Origin: Oscillospiraceae bacterium
GTDB taxonomy: Bacteria > Bacillota > Clostridia > Oscillospirales > Acutalibacteraceae
Reading direction: 5' to 3'
NCBI GenBank assembly: GCA_031549985.1
Contig: JAVBOZ010000106.1
Coordinates: forward strand, 1-59,623
DNA length: 59,623 nt
A model generated the notes under the pieces. The model worked only from the letters and a program-made list of their open reading frames with translations, did not search any database and was not told where the DNA came from. Position 1 is the stretch's first letter, and every line of letters begins with the position of its first letter. A program made the translations under genes and the position numbers. Below are positions 11,636-21,084 of this stretch, one piece after another.

Positions 11636-11692
11636 TTTTTCCTTTCCGGCAACGAGATAATCATGAAAAAGACTCCTTACGGCTACAGTTAT

Positions 11693-11757
11693 ATTATATC
11701 GGGTTTATGATTAGCCGGGGGTTAGGGTTTTTGTTATGATGTTAAAGTCGCATAAAG
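11693..11757 (-). promoter_or_regulatory. Putative kdpABC promoter with upstream direct repeats (possible KdpE site)
   Basis: Minus-strand TATAAT at 11698-11693, about 55 nt upstream of the kdpA ATG. The direct repeat CTTTAtgcgaCTTTAA (11757-11741, 11-bp phasing) lies 43-64 nt upstream of the -10. OmpR-family regulators bind phased direct repeats at such positions. Confidence 0.4.
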
Positions 11758-11809
11758 AAAACCGCACCTCTTTATTTTCTAAAGCGGTACGGTTTTTTGG
11801 ATAGTTTAT

Positions 11810-12514
11810 TTATTCCTCTATGACGCGCAGCATTCGGTATCCCACGCCTATATGGGTTTGAATGTACTGTGCGTTTGCCGGATTCGTTTCAATTTTTTTG
11901 CGAAGCGTCGCCATAAACACCCTCAAAGCGGAAACATCATTGGCATAGCTGCCCCAAATTTCTTTTACAATATAGTTATGCGTCAGAACCTTGCCCGTGT
12001 TTTTTGCCAACAGGCAGAGCAGCTTATATTCGTTGGGAGTCAGGTGTATTTCCTGACCATCAAGATAAACACAGCCTGCGGCATAGTCAATTTTTAGTGC
12101 TCCATTTTGGTAAACCGAGGCTTCACCAGTCAACTTCTCACTGTCATACCTTACACGCCGCAGACTGACGCGAATCCGGGCCAACAGTTCCTCTACGGAA
12201 AACGGTTTGGTCAAATAATCGTCGGCGCCGGCGTCAAGAGCGCCGATTTTATCTTTATCTTCGCTGCGCGCGCTGACCACAATGATGGGAATATTAGACC
12301 ATTCGCGTATTCTTTTAATAACATCCACGCCGTCGATATCAGGCAGGCCCAAATCAAGGATCATAATATCCGGTCGTTTTGACACCGCTTCGAAAATATA
12401 AGCTCCGCCGGGTTCGGCCGTATGATACAGATACCTTTGCGTTTCAAGGGTGGTCGTGATCAGCTTGCGAACTGCTTTATCATCTTCCACCACTAATATA
12501 AGAGGTTTATTCAT
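11810..12514 (-). CDS. kdpE: OmpR-family response regulator KdpE
   Basis: Start chosen at MNKPLILVVEDD (ATG at 12514, overlapping the kdpD stop by 8 nt). The product has a receiver domain (DLGLPDIDG) and a winged-helix output (THIGVGYRM). Confidence 0.92.
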   Translation of the reverse strand: MNKPLILVVEDDKAVRKLITTTLETQRYLYHTAEPGGAYIFEAVSKRPDIMILDLGLPDIDGVDVIKRIREWSNIPIIVVSARSEDKDKIGALDAGADDYLTKPFSVEELLARIRVSLRRVRYDSEKLTGEASVYQNGALKIDYAAGCVYLDGQEIHLTPNEYKLLCLLAKNTGKVLTHNYIVKEIWGSYANDVSALRVFMATLRKKIETNPANAQYIQTHIGVGYRMLRVIEE

Positions 12515-15185
12515 GCAGTTTTGCCTCCTCCGCCTGTAAAGTAAAACCGAAAACAGACCCTTTCGGATCATTGTCCTTAATGATGATTTCGCCTCCGTGC
12601 GCCTCCAGAATCGCCTTGCAGAGGTATAACCCGAGGCCAAGCCCCCGCCGAGCGTCGCTGCGCGCATTATCCGCAGTGTAAAACAGGTCAAATAACATGG
12701 GTTTTATCCCGTCTGGAATGCCCGGCCCGTCGTCCGCAACCTCAACCAGAATAAAACCGTTCCGCCGTTTTGCCGAAATCGTGATATGGGAACCCGCCCC
12801 GGTGTATTTTATGGCATTATCCACCAAATTGATGATAACCTGAACGACCAGACGGGAATCCATTTTTGCCATCAGCAGGTCGTCATTAAGCACTGTTTTA
12901 ATGTGATGCTCTGCGCTTTGACGACTGATGTGCCGCAGTGCTTCATTGATAACTTCCTCCAAAAGCTCCGGTTGCAAATTCAGGTGAACCTTTTTATCCT
13001 CTATCCGGGTGATGGATAGCAGATTTTCAACTAGATTTGTAAGCCATATGGCATCGTCATAAATATTGCTGTTCAGCTCTCGCTTTTGCTCTTCACTCAC
13101 CACATCGAAATTATTGAGCAAAATACCCGCATTGCCGGAAATGCTGGTCAATGGTGTTCGAAGATCGTGAGAAATCGCCCGGAGCAGATTGGCGCGAAGC
13201 TGTTCCTGCTCCATTTGTATTTCGGTCACCTTTTGTGCTTCATACAGCTTTTCTTTTTCCAGCGCCAAACCGCACTCACCCAAAATGGCAATCATCAGAT
13301 TTTTTTGAAAGGGATCGGGAGGCGATGATTTATCCACGGCAATGCCGATAACCGCAAGAACGTTGTTGCCGCCGCGCACCGCCATGTATAAACATTTGGC
13401 GGCGGACAGGGTGTTGGTGGTGGCTCCGGCTCGTTTGTTGTTTGTATAAACCCAACAGGCTACCGCACGTTCAGCGTCGCCGCAATAATCCGATTTTCGG
13501 CTATTCTCATCTCCAAAAAATTGAGGTTCCGAAAGCTCGTTTTTTTTGGCCAAATAAACAATGACTGGTTTTTCAAGCAATTTTATTAGCTGCCCGGCTG
13601 TTTTATTCATAATTTCAAGTTCGCCTTTTGCTTGTTGCAATTTGTGATTGGTTTCCAATAACACCTCAGTTCGGCAAGCCTTTTGTGCTGCCTGCCGCGC
13701 TTGTCTTTTCACCTTTTTCACCAATGTACTGGTTAGGAGAGCCGAACTCAACATGATGACAAAGGTGATTGGATACCCCGATCCGTAGGCATCGAGGGAA
13801 AAAAGCGGATCGGTAAAAAAATAATTAAACAGCAGAACGCTGAGAACGGAATAGCCTACGCCATAAAATAAACCCGTTGTAATAAGCGAATTGATTAGAA
13901 CGCCTAAAATATAGAGTGTGATAATATTGGTTTCGCTGAAGCCGAGGTAAGCGAACCATTCACCAAGCAGGGTGCAAATAACCAGCCCCAAAGCAGATTT
14001 CAAGACATCCACCAACGTCAGCTTCGCCGGTTTCAACAGTCGGAATACGTTTTTCTGTGAGGGCTGCGTATCGGGAATGATATAAATATCCAGATTAGGC
14101 GCTGCCGCCGTCAGCCGGTCTACAAGGCTTTGTTTCATAAACCATCTTTTTGCCTGAGCCGAGCGGCCCATTACTATTTTGGTAATGCGGCTCTCTTTCG
14201 CATATTCGGCAATTTGATACGCAACATCTTCACCGTAAACCGTGGCGATTTGCGCGCCAAGCTGTTCGGCCAGTCTTAAATTTTCCCGCAGGGCGATTTT
14301 GCTTTTATCCTGAAGCTCCACGCAGTCAGGCGTTTCAACAAACAAAGCCGTAAACGACCCGCGCAAAGCGTCGGCCATTCGCGCCGCCGTACGGATCGCT
14401 TTTGCGTTTGAAGGAGCGGAGGAAAGGCAAATCAAAATGTGCTCGTTGCCATACGGTTTGCTTTCCGCGTTTTTTTGTTGCACCGTGATATGTTCCGCCG
14501 ACCGGATGACCTGCTCCGCAGTTTTCCTCAAAGCAATTTCACGCAGAGCCGTTAATTTTTCCTTCGTAAAAAAGTTGTTAAGCGCACGTATAGCCTGATC
14601 TTCTTTGTAAATTTTCCCTTTATGCAACCGTTCAATCAAATCGTCCGGCTCAATGTCCACGATTTCCACTTGGTCTGCGTTATCAAATACTTTGTCCGGA
14701 ATGCGCTCGTGAACAGATACGCCGGTAACGGCAACAACCATGTCGTGCAGGCTCTCAATATGTTGTACGTTAACCGTGGTATATACATCAATTCCCGCCT
14801 GCAAAAGCTCCTCCACGTCCTGATACCGTTTTTTGTGCCGACAGCCTTCCGCATTCGTATGCGCCAGTTCGTCCACCAAAATCAACTGCGGTTTTCTTTT
14901 GAGAGCGCCGTCCAGATTGAATTCCCGAAGTATTCTTCCTTTATATTCAATGCAGGTAGGCGGCAATTCTTCTATGCCGCTGAGTAAAGCCGTTGTTTCC
15001 GGTCGTATATGCGGTTCAATGTATCCTGCAACCACGTCGGCGCCGTTTTCTTTTGCTTCGCGGGCGTCATGAAGCATGGCGCAGGTTTTGCCGACTCCGG
15101 CTGCATAGCCAAAGTAAATCCTTAATTTTCCGCGCTGATTTTTATGAGACTGCTCAAATAAATATTCGTCGTCTTTCAGGAGCAT
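12507..15185 (-). CDS. kdpD: Sensor histidine kinase KdpD
   Basis: 892-aa ORF. It has the N-terminal KdpD domain with P-loop GYAAGVGKT, a Usp-like region, 4 TM segments, H-box SHDLRTPL and an ATPase domain (DDGPGIP, GLGLGL). RBS AAGGAGG. Confidence 0.95.
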   Translation of the reverse strand: MLLKDDEYLFEQSHKNQRGKLRIYFGYAAGVGKTCAMLHDAREAKENGADVVAGYIEPHIRPETTALLSGIEELPPTCIEYKGRILREFNLDGALKRKPQLILVDELAHTNAEGCRHKKRYQDVEELLQAGIDVYTTVNVQHIESLHDMVVAVTGVSVHERIPDKVFDNADQVEIVDIEPDDLIERLHKGKIYKEDQAIRALNNFFTKEKLTALREIALRKTAEQVIRSAEHITVQQKNAESKPYGNEHILICLSSAPSNAKAIRTAARMADALRGSFTALFVETPDCVELQDKSKIALRENLRLAEQLGAQIATVYGEDVAYQIAEYAKESRITKIVMGRSAQAKRWFMKQSLVDRLTAAAPNLDIYIIPDTQPSQKNVFRLLKPAKLTLVDVLKSALGLVICTLLGEWFAYLGFSETNIITLYILGVLINSLITTGLFYGVGYSVLSVLLFNYFFTDPLFSLDAYGSGYPITFVIMLSSALLTSTLVKKVKRQARQAAQKACRTEVLLETNHKLQQAKGELEIMNKTAGQLIKLLEKPVIVYLAKKNELSEPQFFGDENSRKSDYCGDAERAVACWVYTNNKRAGATTNTLSAAKCLYMAVRGGNNVLAVIGIAVDKSSPPDPFQKNLMIAILGECGLALEKEKLYEAQKVTEIQMEQEQLRANLLRAISHDLRTPLTSISGNAGILLNNFDVVSEEQKRELNSNIYDDAIWLTNLVENLLSITRIEDKKVHLNLQPELLEEVINEALRHISRQSAEHHIKTVLNDDLLMAKMDSRLVVQVIINLVDNAIKYTGAGSHITISAKRRNGFILVEVADDGPGIPDGIKPMLFDLFYTADNARSDARRGLGLGLYLCKAILEAHGGEIIIKDNDPKGSVFGFTLQAEEAKLHE

Positions 15186-15213
15186 TCATGCAGCCTCCTT
15201 GTAGTTACACCAT

Positions 15214-15352
15214 CGTTGAAAAACCGGCACGGTTTTTCTCAATAGGGTAACCGATTCGTTTGACGCTATTATACCATAGATCAAGCGCCGGATTCTGAAA
15301 AACCGGCAGGTTTTTCCCAACGCGCCATACGACCCGTATGGCGCTATTATAC
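15214..15352 (-). repeat. Two copies of a promoter-like plus hairpin cassette, directly upstream of kdpD
   Basis: Read on the minus strand, each unit has TGGTATAAT (extended -10). This is followed by a short hairpin (CCATAC..GTATGG or CAAACG..CG-TT) and the hairpin GAAAAACC(G)tgcCGGTTTTTC. The same family occurs at 40531-40770 and 41040-41138. Confidence 0.7.
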
Positions 15353-15469
15353 CATATTCTTAATCATCAGGGAATTATGATTTTCATAATTGTATTAAGA
15401 TTTCATAAAGATTTGTTTTTGTTGATGAGCTATGGCGCAGCTATAATTTGTGATAGGCGGATCCCTATG

Positions 15470-15516
15470 GCGCAGCCCCCGGCGAAGTCATTCGCCGGGG
15501 GCTGCGCTTATATTTT
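15470..15516. terminator. Strong GC-rich hairpin between the pilus operon and the kdpDE region
   Basis: 17-bp perfect stem GCGCAGCCCCCGGCGAA/TTCGCCGGGGGCTGCGC with loop GTCA. It starts 20 nt downstream of the tip-adhesin stop. The T-tract (TTATATTTT) is on the plus-strand side, so the orientation is ambiguous. Confidence 0.6.
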
Positions 15517-15526
15517 GGGCATTGCC

Positions 15527-18500
15527 TTACGCCGTTGGGCGCTTTTTGCGACCCTTTGTATTGTTCGTGAGCCACCACAGTGGGACGGCTGCGCCGATCA
15601 GCATCACACCGATGACCGTGACCCATAGCCCGGTGGCGCGCCCCGTCTTGGGCAGCGTCATGGAAGGATAGTTGGGCAGGGAGTACTTCCCGCTTACGAG
15701 CTTAAACGCAGGCGGCATATTGGCTCCCCTGGCCGTGATGGTCAGTTTCGGGTTGGCCTTGACATCCACATGGATCAGCCACTGCCCCACCGGCAGCTGA
15801 TACCCGGCTTTCGTCTTCGTCTCGACCAGCATATAATCCCCGCTGACCAGATCGCCGAAGGAGACCAGACCGGCTGCCGTGCTTGTTGCCGTCCGGAAGG
15901 GACTGGCGACATTCCAGCAACAGCCTGGGTCGTTGGTTGCCGTAGTGGAGTGCACATGCCCTTGCACGGTTGCTTTGGTGCAGGTATAGAGCGCAAAGGA
16001 TACGCCTGAAAGCGGAGCGCCATTTTTATCCGTCTTGGTGAATTCAAAGGGGACCGTGCCGATGTACTTGTTGGTGAAAACGATGCACCCGTCCTCAGGG
16101 TCAGAGGCTCCAAGTTCGACCGAACAGGTCAGATTAACAAACTTGGCGTTGCCGCAGAGCAGGCTCTGCATGCAGATGTTGTCGATTTTCGGCGTCGCCA
16201 AAAGGCTGCCCTGAATGCTGCCCGCCACCAGATAGTTTTGCGAATCGGTCAACGTAAAGGTCACTGTGCTCGCGCCGGTATACGTCACGCTGATGGTGTC
16301 TGTCTTCAGCACCGCGACGCCGGGGCTGACCACTGCGCCGTTGACGCGCACTGTCAACCCGGTCTTCGGCGTCCAGTTGAGCGTAGTGTAATAGGTCTCC
16401 GGCTGATAGCCGACATGCGCAAAGGTAATTTTGCCCGTGGTCGCGCTGTCGGGCGTATAGCTCATTGCCAGCGCTGTGATGCTGTTCCCCGCGGCGGTTT
16501 GCTTATAGGAAGTCAGCATGTTGGAGATGATGCGCAGCACCTTATAAAATTCAGTGAGCGGAAGCCGGCTGGTCACGAAATCGCGCAGACCGTGGTTGAC
16601 CATCACGCTGCTGCCCGGTGCCTCCGGCAGATATTGGGGCCAAAGGCTCGCGTTGGTCATGCTCCAGTTGTATGTCGGATAGAGTTCCCGGAACTCAAAG
16701 AACCAGACGGCCGCCTGCAGCACCTCATAGCGCCGCTGCTCAGTATAATTCAGACCAAAGAATTTATTGAACTCAGCCAGCGACATCTTCGCCCCATAAA
16801 GTACGCTCTCCAGCGCATAGGCCAGCGTGGATTCCCTGTCGTTCCTGCTTGCGGAGACCTGATAGCGGATGTTGCCGATCGTCGCGGGCGACAGCCCGTA
16901 TTTGCTCAGCTCGGCAGCGGTCGGCGCGGAAATACCCAAGAAACCGCAAACAGTGTAATAGGTGTTTGTGCTGTCGTTTTCGTCCGCGATCTCAAAAATA
17001 GCCCAATTGTTATGCTGCGCCGTCACCTTATACCGCTTGCCGCTGACGGGCGCGTTGAACTGCGTCGCGTGGCTTGTCTGGGAATTCCCCGTCCCGAACA
17101 CCACGCCGCCCGTACTGCCGGGATAGATGACCCTGGCCTCCAGCGGCGACCCCTGCACGATCACCTCAATGACGTATGAATTCGTATCATACTCCCAGCC
17201 TGCAGCGCCGCTGTTGGTCTCCTCAACCTTGAAATAATAGGTCCCGGCCTGACTGACGGTGAACGGGCCAAATGTCACAAGGCCCGGCCCCGTGCGCGTC
17301 CTGGTCTGGGTGATGCCGCCCGCCTTGACGTCGTTCTTGTTCGAGGAATTCAGCTGCGTAAGAACGAAGGTAAACTGCGCGTCGCTCGGCGCGGCATCGC
17401 CGGTCACGGCCTTATTGGCGTAGATATTGAAGGTGACGTCCGGCGAAACATATTTGTTTGTGATTACGATAACGTTGGTGCCGCCATCGGCGCAGAGCAC
17501 GGCGGTGCTCTTGACGGTAATGTTACCGTCGGATGCCACGCCGATGCCGCAGACCGGCTGTGTATCCGTTCCGCTATTGTCAAAGAAGAACATCTGCGCG
17601 TCCTGCGTTCTGCCGCCGGAGCGCACCGTGGCACTTGCCGTCCCCTTGACAAGCGGCGTCGTGGGCGCGGGGTTAGCCGAGCCGACATTCACATAAAATT
17701 GGTAGCCGCTGGTCACGGTTGAAGGCACCGCGCCGCCGCTCGTGTTTGAAGAAAGCGTAAACCCGGGTTCGGCCGTCAGTGTGATCGGGACGCTGGTGGT
17801 GAATCCGGCGGGGTTCTGCGTCACCGTCACCTTGACCGGGCCGTAATAATTGCCGGTGCGCGTGGCGGCGGAGGTGTCAAAGTTCACCGCGATGGCAGGG
17901 GAAAGAACCGGTTTGCTCGTCGCCCCGGCGATTAGCTGGTTAAAGAGGCTCACGATGCGCGTGTGGGAAGGATCGGTGCCGTTCGGCTGCAGCACCGCTC
18001 GCAGGTCGGGGTTGGAGAAATACCACACAGCCGCCTGCGTTGCCGCGTATGCTTCGGCCTGCGTCAGGCCCGGGAGGTTATATTTGGCGCTCATCCACGT
18101 GATGTTGTTGGTGCCCGCCCAAGTGGTGACGCCGCTGGTCATACTCGGTTTTCCGTCGGCCCAAAAGCCGTTGCCGACAACCCAGAGGATCTCTTGTTTA
18201 TTGATATAGGTTCCGGGTGCGGGCTGATAATTGGGCGTCCCGGAGATCGCGTAGATTTCCGCGTCGACGCAATACACCGTGCCGATGACCACATTGTTGG
18301 CGCTGTCGGTCAGCCACATCGCACCGATATCGGCTTCACGGTCAGGGTGCCGCGTCTGCTGGAACGGCAGACTCTGGTTCAGCCAGAGCAGCTTGTTGCC
18401 GCTCGGGTAAGGCAGCGGAAGAGTTGTACCGCTTGTCCAATAAATCTGCATGTCGCCGACCGTCACCTTGCCCTGGTTGATCACCACCGTGATGAGGCGC

Positions 18501-20296
18501 GGTGTGGTGTCGTAAGTCCAGCCCGCGACACCGCCGTTAATTTCCTCCACCCTAAAGTGGTAAGTGCCGTCCGGCAGGCTTGTTATTTCGGTAAAAGTAA
18601 CCGAACCGGGGCCTGTGCGCGACTTCGTCACAACCAGGCCGCCGGGCATGATGTCATTCACATTGTCTGATTTCAGCTGGGTCAGCTTGAAGGTAAAGAC
18701 TGAGCCGTTGGGCGCGGTGCCGTTCACATTCTTCTCAACCGTGATCTCAACCGGCTCAAACGCCTCGTTGAGCAGCATGAAACCGGTCTCAATCTCCATC
18801 GCCTTCGTCGCGCTGCGGGTAACCCCGCCTTTGGCGAGCGAAAGTGTGTTTTCATAGGTCTTCTTCTGCGCGCTTTCGGGCACGAGGGTCGCGAACTCGA
18901 ATGCCGCGCGATAGACGTCGCCCTGCCCCGACGCGGGGACGGTATAAGTGAAACCGGTGGCGGTAACCGTCATCGGGCCGCTGGCGCCAAGCGAATATGT
19001 GATTGGCGCGCGCGCCGTGAGCTGCCCGCCCGTCAGGTTATAAAGCATGACCTTCACTTTTGTGCCCGCCGGAAAACTGAGGCCGTTTTTCGCCGTGTCG
19101 GTGATGACCGCGCCGTTCAGGAGCTCCTTACCGTCGCCGACCCACGTGCCATTCCAGATGATATAGTTGCCGTCGGCCTCCATCGTGGATTCTCCGGCCA
19201 GTTCAATAAATTTGCGGTTGACGGCCGTCTTGGTGGTATGGCTCACCTGCGGCGCTGCGGTGCCGTTGTATTTTCCGTTTACTGTCAGGTTATTATAAAG
19301 GGTGCCAATGTCATAGTCGGCCCGGTTGACGCTCCTGTCGCTCAGATAGGAAGCAAGTGAAATGGTATATTCGATGGTGATCTTGCGTCCGGCGGAAAGG
19401 GTCTTGCCTGTGAAGTCAAACCGCAAATCCTGGCCGCCTGCCGGGTTCCAGGGAACGCTGCTATATGCGGGCAGGGCCTGCCCGTCGAACTTGACTGCAA
19501 ATTGGTTGGCCGCGTAGGGCGCGATGCCCGGTTCGTCGCTTTTTTCAAAGGTCCAGCGCCCGTTGGTCATCGCGTTGCTGACGACCAGGTCGCTGATGGC
19601 GCCGCCTTGAGCGGTGATTTCAATTGCGTAGCGCACCATCTCTGTTGCGGGGTCATATGAGGCTGTGGTTGTGACAGCCGCCTGCCCTGCGGGCGGTGCC
19701 TGCACCTTAAGGGAAGTGCTCTGGCCATTGCCGAAAGCAATCTCCTTGGGGCCGCCCACTACGGCAAATTGCGCCTGAAACTGCAGCGAAAACGCGGCGC
19801 TCGTATAGTAATCAATAAAGTTTTGATTCCCGGGCGTCGGTGTTCCGTCCGTCTTGACGTTGTCGAACACAACCGAGATCAAGCCGCCGGTCGTGACACT
19901 GTATGTGCCGATCTTTTTGCCGCTGTCACTGTTGATTGTCTGCCCGCTGCTCGCCGTTGGGATAGAGACATCCGCAGGCAGCTGGCAGACCAGCGCGTTG
20001 CCGCTGTTGTAGGCAAATTGGAGATCCGCCTTCTCAGCAAACGCAAGGGTAAAGGAGTACCTCTCACCGGTATTCACCGTGCCACCGGTTTTGACAGCAT
20101 TGCCTGCGCCATCCTGAATCGTAACCGACGTCAGAAAGTTGCGCAGGTCAAACGGATCGTTGTTGGCCGCGTAGGGAAAGGCCAGCAGACATATAATCGT
20201 ACCCACCGCCAGCAGCGCTGACAATAAAACGATTACTCTTTTCTTAACCACAGCGATTCCTTCTTTCCATATAAAAAAGCTGAAAGAGCTTGTCAT
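15527..20296 (-). CDS. LPXTG-anchored pilus tip adhesin with two TQXA (thioester-type) modules
   Basis: 1589-aa ORF with a signal peptide. A likely alternative GTG start at 20251 is preceded by GAAGGAA. There are two repeats of a FctA-like isopeptide domain followed by a Cys...TQAAVW module (C676/Q754 and C1117/Q1194). A C-terminal CnaB-like domain (YMLVETKTKAGYQL) is followed by LPKTG, a TM segment and a basic tail. Confidence 0.9.
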   Translation of the reverse strand: MTSSFSFFIWKEGIAVVKKRVIVLLSALLAVGTIICLLAFPYAANNDPFDLRNFLTSVTIQDGAGNAVKTGGTVNTGERYSFTLAFAEKADLQFAYNSGNALVCQLPADVSIPTASSGQTINSDSGKKIGTYSVTTGGLISVVFDNVKTDGTPTPGNQNFIDYYTSAAFSLQFQAQFAVVGGPKEIAFGNGQSTSLKVQAPPAGQAAVTTTASYDPATEMVRYAIEITAQGGAISDLVVSNAMTNGRWTFEKSDEPGIAPYAANQFAVKFDGQALPAYSSVPWNPAGGQDLRFDFTGKTLSAGRKITIEYTISLASYLSDRSVNRADYDIGTLYNNLTVNGKYNGTAAPQVSHTTKTAVNRKFIELAGESTMEADGNYIIWNGTWVGDGKELLNGAVITDTAKNGLSFPAGTKVKVMLYNLTGGQLTARAPITYSLGASGPMTVTATGFTYTVPASGQGDVYRAAFEFATLVPESAQKKTYENTLSLAKGGVTRSATKAMEIETGFMLLNEAFEPVEITVEKNVNGTAPNGSVFTFKLTQLKSDNVNDIMPGGLVVTKSRTGPGSVTFTEITSLPDGTYHFRVEEINGGVAGWTYDTTPRLITVVINQGKVTVGDMQIYWTSGTTLPLPYPSGNKLLWLNQSLPFQQTRHPDREADIGAMWLTDSANNVVIGTVYCVDAEIYAISGTPNYQPAPGTYINKQEILWVVGNGFWADGKPSMTSGVTTWAGTNNITWMSAKYNLPGLTQAEAYAATQAAVWYFSNPDLRAVLQPNGTDPSHTRIVSLFNQLIAGATSKPVLSPAIAVNFDTSAATRTGNYYGPVKVTVTQNPAGFTTSVPITLTAEPGFTLSSNTSGGAVPSTVTSGYQFYVNVGSANPAPTTPLVKGTASATVRSGGRTQDAQMFFFDNSGTDTQPVCGIGVASDGNITVKSTAVLCADGGTNVIVITNKYVSPDVTFNIYANKAVTGDAAPSDAQFTFVLTQLNSSNKNDVKAGGITQTRTRTGPGLVTFGPFTVSQAGTYYFKVEETNSGAAGWEYDTNSYVIEVIVQGSPLEARVIYPGSTGGVVFGTGNSQTSHATQFNAPVSGKRYKVTAQHNNWAIFEIADENDSTNTYYTVCGFLGISAPTAAELSKYGLSPATIGNIRYQVSASRNDRESTLAYALESVLYGAKMSLAEFNKFFGLNYTEQRRYEVLQAAVWFFEFRELYPTYNWSMTNASLWPQYLPEAPGSSVMVNHGLRDFVTSRLPLTEFYKVLRIISNMLTSYKQTAAGNSITALAMSYTPDSATTGKITFAHVGYQPETYYTTLNWTPKTGLTVRVNGAVVSPGVAVLKTDTISVTYTGASTVTFTLTDSQNYLVAGSIQGSLLATPKIDNICMQSLLCGNAKFVNLTCSVELGASDPEDGCIVFTNKYIGTVPFEFTKTDKNGAPLSGVSFALYTCTKATVQGHVHSTTATNDPGCCWNVASPFRTATSTAAGLVSFGDLVSGDYMLVETKTKAGYQLPVGQWLIHVDVKANPKLTITARGANMPPAFKLVSGKYSLPNYPSMTLPKTGRATGLWVTVIGVMLIGAAVPLWWLTNNTKGRKKRPTA

Positions 20297-20337
20297 GTTT
20301 AACTAAACCTGTACTGTTTCACTCTTCTGGCGCAAAT

Positions 20338-21084
20338 CTATGTGATACGTTCGCAATAAAGGACATATCGCTGCGCGTTGGAACCCAGCGGATGGCAGGA
20401 AATGAGGGTGATCATGTCCCGCCCGTCCTGTATCAGGATCTCATCGACCTCGTGCGGCTGGATGATCTTGATTTCCTTGGCGCGGTAGTACAATTTTTCC
20501 TTAAAATTCGTGATGACGACCTCGTCGCCGAGCCTGACTTTATGTATGTTGCGTAACAGAACAGTGGCCCTGCCGCGGTGCGCTGCAATGACGCAATTGG
20601 TGTTGATGCCGCCGATCGGATACGAGGTATACGTCATATGCACGGCACCTTTTTTCAGGTTGTCTGTGCTGGCTCCGAGATAAATCGGCAATTCAGCCCC
20701 GATGGTGGGCAGCATGACGAAGCCGATGCAGTTATTCTCAATACCGTAGGCAGAAAGGTCTACCTTTGGCTGCTCATAAGCAAAGGCGTCGGTCAAGCCC
20801 GTTTGCCCCGTAAGATACAGCTTTTCATTTTCGGCCTGCAGCAGTTCATAAAGCGCGTCGTAAGCGGAGTTGTTAACAGGGGACTCTTTCCCCACGGAGC
20901 CCAGTGTGGGCGGGGACTGGGCGCGGAGCAGGAATTCCTTTTTCATGTCCGCAGTGTTGGAGACAAACCGCTGCTCAATCAGGCTTGGAAAGAACAGCGC
21001 GCCGACACCCGCGACCAGAAGAAGAACCGCTATGGTAGAAATCCATCTTCTTCGTTCCACCAATACTGCTTTCTCTTTCGCCAA
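20338..21084 (-). CDS. Sortase (pilin-specific, second copy, no C-terminal TM)
   Basis: Catalytic triad context: AAHRG (His), ITLISCHP (Cys), RYVLY (Arg). Start chosen at TTG 21084, preceded by AAGGAGGG. The ORF track's longer start at 21186 would overlap the upstream sortase by 157 nt. Confidence 0.82.
   Translation of the reverse strand: MAKEKAVLVERRRWISTIAVLLLVAGVGALFFPSLIEQRFVSNTADMKKEFLLRAQSPPTLGSVGKESPVNNSAYDALYELLQAENEKLYLTGQTGLTDAFAYEQPKVDLSAYGIENNCIGFVMLPTIGAELPIYLGASTDNLKKGAVHMTYTSYPIGGINTNCVIAAHRGRATVLLRNIHKVRLGDEVVITNFKEKLYYRAKEIKIIQPHEVDEILIQDGRDMITLISCHPLGSNAQRYVLYCERIT

Noticed and set aside
11632-11664. 10-codon ORF ([10 protein letters not shown]) with AAGGAG RBS, whose stop overlaps the kdpA start; considered as kdpF or a leader peptide.
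   Set aside because: It is too short and not hydrophobic, so it is not KdpF-like. It could be coincidental, since kdpA has its own AAAGGA RBS. It is kept only as a note.
11756-11802. Hairpin (AAAACCG...CGGTTTTTT / ACCGC...GCGGT) after kdpE, considered as a terminator.
   Set aside because: The stems are short (5-7 bp) with a large loop. It may terminate kdpDE, but it is too weak to list as a feature with confidence.
11636-11810. Looked for a c-di-AMP (ydaO/kimA-type) riboswitch or other known leader upstream of kdpA and kdpD.
   Set aside because: I could not recognise the conserved features by eye. The kdpA leader is only about 55 nt. An Infernal/Rfam scan would be needed, so no riboswitch is claimed.
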